Below are positions 48,683-57,994 of a stretch of 64,000 nucleotides of DNA, piece by piece. Below the pieces are notes generated by a model that saw only the letters and a list, made by a program, of their open reading frames with translations, made no database searches and was not told the origin of the DNA. A program made the translations under genes and the position numbers. Position 1 is the stretch's first letter. Each line of letters starts with the position of its first letter. This stretch comes from Escherichia phage vB_EcoM-Sa45lw: the sequence record MK977694.1. The stretch is one strand, 5' to 3'.

Positions 48683-49591
48683 TTAAGATTTAAGTAAATC
48701 AACAATTTTAATTAACTTTTCACGCTCAGATTTAGCTTTACTACTCAATCCAGATAGTCTGAAAATTTCATCGTCATATTGTTGAATAGAAATATTTAGC
48801 TCTTCAATTTGCTTATTAAAATAATCAATTTGTTCAGAATGTTTTTCGTTACTACGAACTGGTACAGGTTTTGTAGGAAATTTAGTTAAACTGGATTCAT
48901 CCGGGCGATAAATTAAAATGCAATTTGAACCAATCGGGCATTTAGCACCAGATGAATATTCTAACGTTCCAGCTTCTTTTAAAACTTCAAAAGCTAAACA
49001 GAGATGATGCCCCATATTAACATAATCTGTAGAGCGAGCTCTGATATAATAATCATCGCCGCGAATACTAAATTTAAAGCATTTAAGGTCTTCTGTATTA
49101 TTGGTCTTAAAAATCATTTGTTTATCTAGACCTTTAGCTAATCGAGCGCCTAATGCTAATAATCGTCGTTGATTTTCCCACAAATCTGCGATCATTTGGT
49201 CAAATGATAATTTCGGCATTAATCGACCATAAAGGTCATATCCTTTATTATAATTGCGAAGAATTTCACTTGCATTAATACGAGACAATGCTCCAATTTT
49301 ATTAAGGGCTTTCATAATGCGATTAGATAAACCCATTCCAGACCCGTTTGTTCGCTGTAAATGTTTTTCTAATCCAAATCCAATATCAACTTTAAACTTA
49401 TCTAAAATTTCTGTATGAACATCTCTGTCAATAACATTCAAATCCAAAGTTGGGTTAAATCTATGAAAAAAATTATCTGGCTCTCCACGACGAAGTACAG
49501 TCCATTCATTCAATTTTTTATTAACTAAAGATTTAATTACTGCATTGACATTATTAATTACTACTGACATATTTTCCTCACTCAATTTCAA
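48683..49591 (-). CDS. coiled-coil-tailed protein, paralog D
   Basis: 302-aa ORF; same architecture. Confidence 0.55.
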   Translation of the reverse strand: MKLSEENMSVVINNVNAVIKSLVNKKLNEWTVLRRGEPDNFFHRFNPTLDLNVIDRDVHTEILDKFKVDIGFGLEKHLQRTNGSGMGLSNRIMKALNKIGALSRINASEILRNYNKGYDLYGRLMPKLSFDQMIADLWENQRRLLALGARLAKGLDKQMIFKTNNTEDLKCFKFSIRGDDYYIRARSTDYVNMGHHLCLAFEVLKEAGTLEYSSGAKCPIGSNCILIYRPDESSLTKFPTKPVPVRSNEKHSEQIDYFNKQIEELNISIQQYDDEIFRLSGLSSKAKSEREKLIKIVDLLKS

Positions 49592-49985
49592 TTTTACTAA
49601 ATACGCAGAATATGATGGAACAGACTATATAAGCACCACACACAGATTGAACTAATACCATTCCAAAGAACCAAACAATATTATCAAACAATGTCTGTTT
49701 TACGTCGAAAGGACGTAAACTTACAGTAATATTATCACCTTTTTCTATTGAAGAATACATCTCTGGTGAAATATATTCGCTAAATCTATAACCGTCTTTA
49801 AGTTCATATACAGCAATAAACGATAAACTAGACCCCTTTCCTTGAGTTCCTGTAAAGGTATTAACTACAGTAACATCATAATCTTTATAATGCATATAAT
49901 CATTAATTGCGTAATAACCATATGCAATTACTATACATAAACAACATATCAATAAATTCAATCTTTTAATTATCAACTGTTTCAT
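49578..49985 (-). CDS. membrane protein
   Basis: 135-aa ORF with N- and C-terminal hydrophobic segments. Confidence 0.5.
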   Translation of the reverse strand: MKQLIIKRLNLLICCLCIVIAYGYYAINDYMHYKDYDVTVVNTFTGTQGKGSSLSFIAVYELKDGYRFSEYISPEMYSSIEKGDNITVSLRPFDVKQTLFDNIVWFFGMVLVQSVCGAYIVCSIIFCVFSKIEIE

Positions 49986-50040
49986 AATAATCTCAATTAA
50001 AAGGGCTTAGAACCATTATACCATCCTTGGTATAAAGCGG

Positions 50041-50568
50041 TTATGCGAGTACCGTCTTTAACCGTTCTTCAAATTTCCGAAGAGTATTTTGGCGTTCAGC
50101 TCTTTGCTTTTTGTAAGTTTCAATACGCTCTGAAATGAGATTGTATCGTTCATTTACTGTTTCTTTCATAAAATCAGGAATTTCACGAGAAGCTTTAATC
50201 TCGTCAAATTTATCAATAACAGCTTGCTCTTCAGCAATTAAGTTATCATACATCAAAATATCTTTCTTGATGAACTCAATATCTTCTTGAGTTACACGAG
50301 ATAATTTAGATGCTTTATCCTTTTTGTACTGTTCGTTAGTATCACGAGACCAGTGTAATGTACGATTTTTATTCGTATTCTTGTAAATTTCTACAATACC
50401 AATCTCATCGATAATAACGATCCAATTCCAACGAGATTTGTAAATTTGTCCTCCGTCAACCATGATTTCACCTCCGATTGAGATGTCATTAAAGAACTTG
50501 CTTTGTGCTTCAGATTTAAATTTACCATCATTGTAGTTTACCAAGTTGAAAATATCTTTAGCATTCAT
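50041..50568 (-). CDS. hypothetical protein with coiled-coil C-terminus
   Basis: 175-aa ORF. Confidence 0.55.
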   Translation of the reverse strand: MNAKDIFNLVNYNDGKFKSEAQSKFFNDISIGGEIMVDGGQIYKSRWNWIVIIDEIGIVEIYKNTNKNRTLHWSRDTNEQYKKDKASKLSRVTQEDIEFIKKDILMYDNLIAEEQAVIDKFDEIKASREIPDFMKETVNERYNLISERIETYKKQRAERQNTLRKFEERLKTVLA

Positions 50569-50595
50569 TTTTGTTCCTCCGTAGTTGATAGTTGT

Positions 50596-50625
50596 ATAGT
50601 ACCACAGAGGAATGGTCTTGTAAAC
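50596..50625 (-). promoter_or_regulatory. T4-type early promoter
   Basis: GTTTAC, 18 bp, TACTAT plus conserved leader. Confidence 0.6.
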
Positions 50626-50627
50626 AA

Positions 50628-50942
50628 CTAAAAGAAACTTCTTTCACAATTTTTTCCACTGAACCAAGCGCTCACTGCTTTCTTAGTCTCAGGAGCAGTG
50701 TTATCCATAAACCATTCAAAGGCAGCCTTTTTATGATTCTGGAGGGCTTCTCGGGCTTTAATCTGCTCACGGTCTATTAACACTAACATATGAGCCTTTC
50801 TTGTCACCAAAGGCTTCTTATGATTTTTTGAATACTCCCAATCATTTGTCCAACGCATTGTCGTTGCGAACTGATGAACCGCGTCTTTAATTTTAGTTTC
50901 ATAAATTTCACGAGCTTTTGAGTATAACATCTTTACCTCCAT
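50628..50942 (-). CDS. hypothetical protein
   Basis: 104-aa ORF. Confidence 0.5.
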   Translation of the reverse strand: MEVKMLYSKAREIYETKIKDAVHQFATTMRWTNDWEYSKNHKKPLVTRKAHMLVLIDREQIKAREALQNHKKAAFEWFMDNTAPETKKAVSAWFSGKNCERSFF

Positions 50943-51033
50943 TTACCAGTTTAATTCTAGTCATCTTTTTAATGGGCAGTCCATAATAATCTATTTCTGA
51001 ACTGCCTTTTTGTCTTAGAAGTCCTCTTATGAA

Positions 51034-52002
51034 TTATTTCAGAAGAGTAACCTCAGCGATTTCTTCCCAACCGTTTTTGTCGGTCATAATAAAGTCAGCA
51101 AGATAAAGCGCAGTACGCAGTGAAACATTGCGTAAACGATTAACATTGACTTTCATCCATGATAATGCTTTATAAGTTTCTTCATCAGAAAGACCGCGCT
51201 TTTGCATCATGTCAGTTGAAAGAATAACATCTTCAACCCTGACCATAATTTCTTCATTAGTGTGAACACCCAAATCCAAATAAACTGAGCGGGACACTAA
51301 TGCTTGTAAATGTGGAGCAAGTTTAGTACCACGATCTAATTCGCGGTCAATGTCAACGTTTGTGATAAAAACAATCGTTCCTTTAAATTCAAACTCACGC
51401 TCAATGCCTTTTTCTTCTAAGTAAGAAGATGCGGTGCTCCAGCAGACTTTACGGGTCTCTCCGGTGTCCAGAGCAGCTTTCAGAAGATTAAGAATGTCCA
51501 TATCAGAGAAAACATCCACATCATCAATCAAAAGGACAGAATTCTCTTCACGATTATTCCAAAGCTGTTCATAAAGACCAATACCAGAGATTTTACCATT
51601 AATGCTTTTATATTCAATGTATCCAATATCATTTGCTTTATTTAAAGCTTTATCTAAAGAATACGTTTTACCAATACCTGCTGCTCCCGAGATAATTAAT
51701 GAACGAATGTTTCCGTTAATAATACCATTCGTCATCATTCCCATAACATTAAATCTTTTATTAATGCGGGTTTTCATATCTTCATACGATTCTTTAACTT
51801 CTTCAACTTTTACACCATCATATGAAATGTCTGATTTATAAACCCAAACACCGCGACGTTTACCGTCAATTTCAACAAAAACTTTACCATCTCCTTGTGC
51901 ATCTACCGGAGCATTATCTGGGAACCATTCACCTAAGAGCTCAAAAGTTCCAGAGATTTCTTTACCGAAGTAGATACCCTTATTGATAGTTACAGTTTTC
52001 AT
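51034..52002 (-). CDS. AAA+/P-loop ATPase with N-terminal beta-rich domain
   Basis: 322 aa from ATG at 52002 with GGAG RBS; Walker A GAAGIGKT, Walker B LLIDDVD. Confidence 0.6.
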   Translation of the reverse strand: MKTVTINKGIYFGKEISGTFELLGEWFPDNAPVDAQGDGKVFVEIDGKRRGVWVYKSDISYDGVKVEEVKESYEDMKTRINKRFNVMGMMTNGIINGNIRSLIISGAAGIGKTYSLDKALNKANDIGYIEYKSINGKISGIGLYEQLWNNREENSVLLIDDVDVFSDMDILNLLKAALDTGETRKVCWSTASSYLEEKGIEREFEFKGTIVFITNVDIDRELDRGTKLAPHLQALVSRSVYLDLGVHTNEEIMVRVEDVILSTDMMQKRGLSDEETYKALSWMKVNVNRLRNVSLRTALYLADFIMTDKNGWEEIAEVTLLK

Positions 52003-52036
52003 TTTATTCTCCAAATCCGTATCAGTTGATAGTTGT

Positions 52037-52066
52037 ATAGTACCATAAAGCTTTATGCTTGTAAAC
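52037..52066 (-). promoter_or_regulatory. T4-type early promoter
   Basis: GTTTAC, 18 bp, TACTAT plus conserved leader. Confidence 0.6.
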
Positions 52067-52096
52067 AATTTTGTGAAAAAATTTTTGAAATAAAAA

Positions 52097-52116
52097 AGGG
52101 AGCCCGAAGGCTCCCT
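52097..52116 (-). terminator. C(UUCG)G stem-loop
   Basis: agggagcc-cgaa-ggctccct just after upstream stop. Confidence 0.6.
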
Positions 52117-52117
52117 A

Positions 52118-53131
52118 TCATTTATAATAACTTCGGTGGTTTTCAAGATAGACCTTCTCAAGGAAGTCATCCCAGAAACCCATGTCTACTTTTTGCTGCA
52201 TACCGTTCTTAGAAGCTTCAGTAGATGCTGCTTCTACTTGATCGACCACATCTTCCAAAAACTCTTGAACTGTTTTAAATGGGTGTTTACCCAGCTTCAC
52301 GTCGAGAATAAATGGAGCGTCTTGAAGTGGATAGACTAAGTCACCAGTTTTGTAAATTTCCAATAGTTGGAGTCCACCACGACAAGCATGACTCAGAGCT
52401 TTCCAGTCAATGCCCTCATTCGCTTCAGCCTTACGAGCACGTTCGCCGTATTCAGCATCTAATTTGTTCAGTGACTGCTTAAGCTCAATAAGAGAAAGTG
52501 TTGTCTGATATTTACGACCCAACACAGTGTAAAACGTTTGTGGACCTGTTTTCTCATGATTATGGAATACCCATTCACAGAACTCGTTTTCAGGGAGTCT
52601 GTGTTTGATATCTTCTACCTTAGTACGACGAAGTCTATCAGGGATTCCTTCTTGATAGTCGACCCACTGGTCAGGGATTTGATTAACTACTTTCAATACA
52701 TCACGTAATGCGGCCAAACGAGAACCCTTGACACCGTATTTAGAAGCTTGCTTGCGGACATATCCTAAATAGGATTTCATGTTAGTTGTATAAAACCGTG
52801 AACGATTGTCTTGAATAAACTTCCACACATCAGGCAAATCAGATTTAACCACTAGTTCAGGTGGAGTGTGAAGCATATCCAATGCTACAGTTTCACCATC
52901 TGCTGCTAATTTAAAGAAATATTTAAGACTGTATAGTTCATGGTCAATATCATCTTTAGTGTTTTTAGATGATGTGTTGTTAGTGTTTTTACTCATATGC
53001 TCTTTAACATTTCCGATAAGAATATCGCGAGCACGAGGAACAAAGATTTCTTTAAAATCTACATCAGATTCTGGAGTAGAAGTTCCATAAAGATGACTAC
53101 CAAAATAGCTTTTCATTACTGTTTTCATCAT
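52118..53131 (-). CDS. predicted Pol-beta-superfamily nucleotidyltransferase
   Basis: 337-aa ORF; GSHLYGTSTPESDVD (GS-x10-DxD) near N-terminus. Confidence 0.55.
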   Translation of the reverse strand: MMKTVMKSYFGSHLYGTSTPESDVDFKEIFVPRARDILIGNVKEHMSKNTNNTSSKNTKDDIDHELYSLKYFFKLAADGETVALDMLHTPPELVVKSDLPDVWKFIQDNRSRFYTTNMKSYLGYVRKQASKYGVKGSRLAALRDVLKVVNQIPDQWVDYQEGIPDRLRRTKVEDIKHRLPENEFCEWVFHNHEKTGPQTFYTVLGRKYQTTLSLIELKQSLNKLDAEYGERARKAEANEGIDWKALSHACRGGLQLLEIYKTGDLVYPLQDAPFILDVKLGKHPFKTVQEFLEDVVDQVEAASTEASKNGMQQKVDMGFWDDFLEKVYLENHRSYYK

Positions 53132-53589
53132 TCAGCCTTATATTCAATAACAGGACATACTTTAGCTTTACGAGCTTTTAAAAATTCAACGATAATCGAT
53201 TTCTTGGGTTGAATAGGAGGTAAACCTTTATTTTTCCTATCAATATTTTCTACGTGTAAAGCATAATCCTTTTTCCATTTATAATCTTTATATTTTTCAC
53301 GCAAATGTACAGGAATAACAAATGAACCAATAATAAGTAAAACAACCAAAAGCGCAAGTATAAATGCCGATGGAAGAAGAGCCCATAAACTACCGAAAAT
53401 AAGCCAACGTTGTAGGCTTTCTGCACAAATAATTGTTAATCCTACGAGTATAGCACACCCAAAAATAGAAACGAAAAATGTAGGTATGGCAATAGACCAA
53501 AAATATGCGCATAGTGTCTTAGGTCGTTGCCATTCATCGTTAAACAATTTGAATAATTTATAGTGCCAAGAGTTTTCATTAATAATCAT
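53128..53589 (-). CDS. integral membrane protein
   Basis: 153-aa ORF with three or four TM segments; overlaps NTase start. Confidence 0.55.
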   Translation of the reverse strand: MIINENSWHYKLFKLFNDEWQRPKTLCAYFWSIAIPTFFVSIFGCAILVGLTIICAESLQRWLIFGSLWALLPSAFILALLVVLLIIGSFVIPVHLREKYKDYKWKKDYALHVENIDRKNKGLPPIQPKKSIIVEFLKARKAKVCPVIEYKAE

Positions 53590-53591
53590 AA

Positions 53592-54113
53592 TTATCCTTT
53601 CATTGAAGGCGTAACGGTTGTTAAATACTTAATCATAGCTTCAGCTTCTGATTTTGATAGTGAAATTTCTTCACCGTTTTGGCGAATAGAAACAAAATCT
53701 GGATGACGATCACCACCAGCTTTTAAAACACACATATAAGTATCAGCTTCGCCTTCAATATTTGAAATGATTGAAGCAGTTCCACACGAATGTGGTTTTT
53801 GATAAATCAATACAGCTTTTCTTCCACCATTTGACTGTTCATAGGCTTTTAATACATCAAACAAATCAGTTCTTTTATCAATAGCTAAAATGTTATTTTC
53901 ATCTTCAATGTTAAATCCTTCGGATACTTCATAAAGCGTTACCCATAAATCGCCAATATCAATAACAGCATTTACTTTTCCACGGCTTTCAAGAGTATGA
54001 CAAATTTTCTTGATTTCGTCATAACTCATTTTAATAATATCATCTCCTTGACTAAGAAAGATGTCATTTTTAAATTCAACACGAATTAAACCGCTTCCAC
54101 TTGAAATAAACAT
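53592..54113 (-). CDS. hypothetical protein
   Basis: 173-aa ORF; C-terminal motif resembles next ORF. Confidence 0.55.
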   Translation of the reverse strand: MFISSGSGLIRVEFKNDIFLSQGDDIIKMSYDEIKKICHTLESRGKVNAVIDIGDLWVTLYEVSEGFNIEDENNILAIDKRTDLFDVLKAYEQSNGGRKAVLIYQKPHSCGTASIISNIEGEADTYMCVLKAGGDRHPDFVSIRQNGEEISLSKSEAEAMIKYLTTVTPSMKG

Positions 54114-54119
54114 ATTTCC

Positions 54120-54677
54120 TCACTTTGAAATCATAGTTGGAATAACAGAATCAAGATAAGTCTTTAGTGCAATAGTTTCGTCTTTGGTAAATGTGACAAT
54201 ATGTGCTCGAAAATCATCAATTTGACGAATAGTTAAGACATCTCCATCTTCATAACATTTTGATACGTTTAAAACAGTTTCATCATTCTGATTGCAAGCG
54301 TTAGTAATAATAGCATTGCAATTTTTAAACCATTTTAAACTATGTTTTCTTTCATTAGAATAATAAAAATATTTAATCTTATCTATAAAACTATCCCAAT
54401 GGATAACTGATAAGCATATTGACTCGCTTTCAATATTAAATCCTGGGCATGAAGAATAAAAATGAATTTTATGCTCATCATTAATGCTTATAATTTTATC
54501 AGTATAAGGATTTTCAATTTTGGTTAAATGAATGATTTCACTAGGCGTAAAATACAGCATATCGTCTTCTTGTGTCAAACGATACATATTATTTACTTTT
54601 TCTATAGCCAATTCACCAAAAAGTGAACTAACTTCTAATACTAATCGTTTCATATTGATTCTCTTCGACTCGCTCAC
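54120..54677 (-). CDS. hypothetical protein
   Basis: 185-aa ORF; C-terminus similar to previous ORF. Confidence 0.55.
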   Translation of the reverse strand: MSESKRINMKRLVLEVSSLFGELAIEKVNNMYRLTQEDDMLYFTPSEIIHLTKIENPYTDKIISINDEHKIHFYSSCPGFNIESESICLSVIHWDSFIDKIKYFYYSNERKHSLKWFKNCNAIITNACNQNDETVLNVSKCYEDGDVLTIRQIDDFRAHIVTFTKDETIALKTYLDSVIPTMISK

Positions 54678-54812
54678 AATTACATACTCCTTTGAATAAT
54701 ATCAATAATGTTGTTCACCAGATTATAGGTAAACAAAGGATAATTATATTGAATCATCACATACACAACAAACAAAATTTTCATTCTCTTCTCCTCAGTA
54801 GTTGACAAGATT

Positions 54813-54842
54813 ACTATACCATAACCTTGCCAACTTGTAAAC
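54813..54842 (-). promoter_or_regulatory. T4-type early promoter
   Basis: GTTTAC, 18 bp, TATAGT. Confidence 0.6.
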
Positions 54843-54844
54843 CA

Positions 54845-55000
54845 TTAAATGGCGTTTTCAATAAAATTCTGAAGCTTTGTGTGAGCATCAACCATGATTT
54901 TCATTTCTTCTTTGGCGAAAGCTGTACCTCTTTCCCGAGAAGAACATTCATAGTCAGAAACTGCATTAGCATATTCTTCGATTAGTTTCATTAAAAACAT
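54845..55000 (-). CDS. small hypothetical protein
   Basis: 51-aa ORF in a 330-nt gap. Confidence 0.4.
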   Translation of the reverse strand: MFLMKLIEEYANAVSDYECSSRERGTAFAKEEMKIMVDAHTKLQNFIENAI

Positions 55001-55007
55001 CTGTTTT

Positions 55008-55202
55008 TCAGTTTTCATTATTCCACCTAATCATTTCAAGATATTGAACTAACTTAGCTTTAGATTTATCCAAATCCTTTTTAGCTGCTTCTATACCGTC
55101 GTATGAATATCCTTCACAATGCTCAACTGCTAATTGATATGAATCTATTTCAATATCACGTGCTAATTTAATGATTTTTTCAAACTGTTCGCGTGTTAGC
55201 AT
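55008..55202 (-). CDS. hypothetical protein
   Basis: 64-aa ORF. Confidence 0.5.
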   Translation of the reverse strand: MLTREQFEKIIKLARDIEIDSYQLAVEHCEGYSYDGIEAAKKDLDKSKAKLVQYLEMIRWNNEN

Positions 55203-55204
55203 AC

Positions 55205-55444
55205 TTACACTCTCGTATTATGATCGATAATTTCATCAAGAAACATATCTAACGCTTCTATAGCATTATCCACTTTAGTTTCAAAGTCTTTAATGCCTTT
55301 ATTCGAAATACACGATGAATACCAAGCAAAGTCAATCAGCTCTTCATCTGCTTTACGAATTGAAGCCACTAATTCCTTGATTTTATCTGCTTGTTCTATA
55401 CTAATCATTATTCCACCACATATGACAGAGAGAATATTGCGCAC
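55205..55444 (-). CDS. hypothetical protein
   Basis: 79-aa ORF. Confidence 0.5.
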   Translation of the reverse strand: MRNILSVICGGIMISIEQADKIKELVASIRKADEELIDFAWYSSCISNKGIKDFETKVDNAIEALDMFLDEIIDHNTRV

Positions 55445-55641
55445 GCCATGTGAGTTGCAACTTCATCACACATATTATAACGTTTCTTAAGAAATTCTAC
55501 AAGTTCTTCACTAGTAACTTCATCCATGTCGACGAAAAAATCACCATTAATGATGACGTAGATATTTCCTTCTTGATTGAGTGCTTCAATTTTCATGATA
55601 TTCTCCTCTTTATCTGATAGTTGTATAGTATCACAGCTCAA
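55408..55641 (-). CDS. hypothetical protein
   Basis: 77-aa ORF. Confidence 0.45.
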   Translation of the reverse strand: MSCDTIQLSDKEENIMKIEALNQEGNIYVIINGDFFVDMDEVTSEELVEFLKKRYNMCDEVATHMACAIFSLSYVVE

Positions 55642-55654
55642 ACGGAAAGTAAAC
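55625..55654 (-). promoter_or_regulatory. T4-type early promoter
   Basis: GTTTAC, 18 bp, TACTAT; -35 block identical to 15125..15150. Confidence 0.6.
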
Positions 55655-55669
55655 CGGTAAAATGAAAAA

Positions 55670-55687
55670 AGTCTCCCGAAGGAGACT
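55670..55687 (-). terminator. C(UUCG)G stem-loop
   Basis: agtctcc-cgaa-ggagact. Confidence 0.6.
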
Positions 55688-55691
55688 AATG

Positions 55692-56078
55692 TTATTCGAG
55701 GGAAAGAAGATACTTACTCTGGTAAAACATTCCAGTAATATCATCTATCGTGCTTTGAATGGCTGGAGGCATTTCTTTATAAATGCTGTTAGATTGGTCT
55801 AGTATGCGATCAATCATTTTAATTGTGTCGGTAGGAAGTTTACTGGCATCTGGAATTGAAGGCGTGTATTTTCTACCAGAATACCCCAAATATTGCTCAC
55901 CAAATTTATCAATCAAATCTGGCAACTCGGAGAAAATAAAATCGTATGCTTTGTGTCTAGCATAACTTTTAGTTTCAAAATGTGCAGAATGAAAATAAGC
56001 TTGTGCAGCCATTAATAAACCTAAGTATTCATCTGCCTTTGAAGGTTTTCCACTTTGTGAAAAGTCGCTGAATTTCAT
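55692..56078 (-). CDS. hypothetical protein (rI.-1-position)
   Basis: 128-aa ORF upstream of rI. Confidence 0.55.
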   Translation of the reverse strand: MKFSDFSQSGKPSKADEYLGLLMAAQAYFHSAHFETKSYARHKAYDFIFSELPDLIDKFGEQYLGYSGRKYTPSIPDASKLPTDTIKMIDRILDQSNSIYKEMPPAIQSTIDDITGMFYQSKYLLSLE

Positions 56079-56368
56079 TCAGTCTCCAATTTAATGTTCA
56101 TAATTCTAGCGTATGATTGTGCCATCTCCGCGCCTCGTTCTATACATTCAAAATCAGAAGAGCACGGGTCATTTTTATAGGTCGTTCTCATAAAACTATA
56201 GAACTGTTCAGATGATTCTACGCTTTTATTTTCAAAAAGCATATAAACATGTCTAATACCAGATTCCATAAATTTATCAAAATGAGGATCGACATTCGCT
56301 TCAATCGATGGAGATAAAGCAAATGACAATCCTAGCATGGCAAAAAGTGCCGTTGCTTTTAAGGCCAT
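56075..56368 (-). CDS. rI: lysis inhibition regulator RI (antiholin)
   Basis: 97-aa ORF with signal-anchor, next to tk; T4 RI length. Confidence 0.8.
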   Translation of the reverse strand: MALKATALFAMLGLSFALSPSIEANVDPHFDKFMESGIRHVYMLFENKSVESSEQFYSFMRTTYKNDPCSSDFECIERGAEMAQSYARIMNIKLETE

Positions 56369-56380
56369 AAAGGCCTCCTA

Positions 56381-56593
56381 TCATTTTTGTCCTGTATTTA
56401 CTTTATGCCGATGCACGGCCTTAACTTTATCAAGGTATTTTTCAAAATTTCGCAATCTAGTATAGTCTGCCGGAGATTGGTTGAGTGATACTTCTCGACG
56501 CAAAGCTGAAATGATATTTCCAACTTCCCTACGAATTTCATCTAATTGAAGCACAGTAAGATTGCGAAGTTGCTTTTCAGTTAATTGTAGCAT
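56381..56593 (-). CDS. hypothetical protein (rI.1-position)
   Basis: 70-aa ORF. Confidence 0.5.
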
Positions 56594-56635
56594 ATATACC
56601 CCTTTAGTTAGATAAACCTATTTATAACTTTTGCA

Positions 56636-57217
56636 CTAACCGAGCTTTTTAGTTAATTCGTTCCAGTGTTTTCTACACAAAGAAACATAAATTTCATCAC
56701 CAATACAGATTTGATTACCTTCTTTAACTGGTGTTCCATCTTCCATTAATCGAGCTGTCATAATCGCTTTTTTGCCGCAATGACAAACTGCTTTTAGTTC
56801 AATAAGTTTATCTGCAATCGCTAAAAGTTCTTTAGAACCTTCAAACAATTTTCCAGCGAAATCAGTCCTTAATCCATAAGCCATAACAGGAACATTATAT
56901 GTATCAACAATTCGACTTAATTGATGCACCTGTTCAGTTTTTAAAAATTGGGCTTCATCCACAAATACGCAATGAATATCTTTTTGTGCTTCAGCCCATT
57001 TATAGAACTCGAAAATATCCATATCATCTGTAATAATATTCGCTTCCTGTTTAATTCCAATGCGAGAAACAACTTCACAGACAGAATCGCGAGTATCAAT
57101 AGCAGGCTTAAGAACTAATACACTCATTCCACGTTCTTTATAATTATGTGCAGCAGTCAAAAGAGAAGCAGATTTTCCAGCATTCATTGCTGCATAAGTA
57201 AAAATTAAACTCGCCAT
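56636..57217 (-). CDS. tk: thymidine kinase
   Basis: 193-aa ORF; P-loop AAMNAGKS; C-terminal zinc-ribbon cysteines. Confidence 0.92.
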   Translation of the reverse strand: MASLIFTYAAMNAGKSASLLTAAHNYKERGMSVLVLKPAIDTRDSVCEVVSRIGIKQEANIITDDMDIFEFYKWAEAQKDIHCVFVDEAQFLKTEQVHQLSRIVDTYNVPVMAYGLRTDFAGKLFEGSKELLAIADKLIELKAVCHCGKKAIMTARLMEDGTPVKEGNQICIGDEIYVSLCRKHWNELTKKLG

Positions 57218-57226
57218 ATCACCTTC

Positions 57227-57412
57227 TTAAAGCGTATTCACATAAGCTATTAATTCATTTTCTTTCTTATCAAACCGATCAGCAAATTCTTCCTGCTGTT
57301 CAGGAGATAGCGGGCCGTATTCATCATAAAAGGTGTTTGCTTCTGTATGCTCATCTAGAAGTTCATGGATAAGCTCAAACAATTTATCTTTTTGTTCTTT
57401 ACTCAGACTCAT
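57227..57412 (-). CDS. hypothetical protein (tk.1-position)
   Basis: 61-aa acidic ORF. Confidence 0.5.
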   Translation of the reverse strand: MSLSKEQKDKLFELIHELLDEHTEANTFYDEYGPLSPEQQEEFADRFDKKENELIAYVNTL

Positions 57413-57578
57413 ATATTAATTTCCAGGAGTTTTAAAATAATTCGCTTTTGCTTAAATATTTCCATAGTTAAATGACTAGTATCTTTTTGACCGATTCCAA
57501 TGGCAAAACCTTTATTAACAGCGAGTTCAATTAAATTATCAAGCTCACGTAACACTTCGTATTGTAACTCAAAACTAT

Positions 57579-57791
57579 TCATTTTGGTTTACCTTCTTTA
57601 ACGAAATCAGGATAAGGATAAAATCCTGAATAAAATCCTTCACCTTTATGATTGATGCATCCTTTATTAGAACAATAGCACCAATAATCGAAATCACAAG
57701 CCATTTCATCATTACATAAAGCAAAAACAACAGGCCACTTACACTTTTCACAGTGGGCATTTTTAAGAATACTAGTTTGGCTCATAACCAT
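57579..57791 (-). CDS. cysteine-rich small protein
   Basis: about 70 aa from ATG at 57791; multiple CxxC-like pairs. Confidence 0.45.
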   Translation of the reverse strand: MVMSQTSILKNAHCEKCKWPVVFALCNDEMACDFDYWCYCSNKGCINHKGEGFYSGFYPYPDFVKEGKPK

Positions 57792-57994
57792 GTAACCTTT
57801 AAGCAATATTCTTCTACATGTTGTTTACGACCTTTCTTATCAATAAAGGTATATTCAACGAATGTTCCAATGTAGTCTTTATCTACATCATGTGGACTAT
57901 TAATTGGACATTTAGTACGGCAAATGCGTTCCCATTGACGAATAATTTCCACTTTGTTTTTAGGATCAAACGGATGTGGGTAATGTACTTTCAT
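57782..57994 (-). CDS. hypothetical protein
   Basis: 70-aa ORF. Confidence 0.5.
   Translation of the reverse strand: MKVHYPHPFDPKNKVEIIRQWERICRTKCPINSPHDVDKDYIGTFVEYTFIDKKGRKQHVEEYCLKVTWL

Noticed and set aside
49986-50040. Early promoter in the gap upstream of paralog D region
   Set aside because: It has a TATAAT-like -10 (ggtataat) but no GTTTAC -35 at the expected spacing; too degenerate to call with confidence.
50943-51033. Inverted repeat GGCAGT...ACTGCC followed by TTTTT on the plus strand as a plus-strand terminator
   Set aside because: The loop is 22 nt, too large for a canonical intrinsic terminator, and there is no plus-strand gene to terminate.
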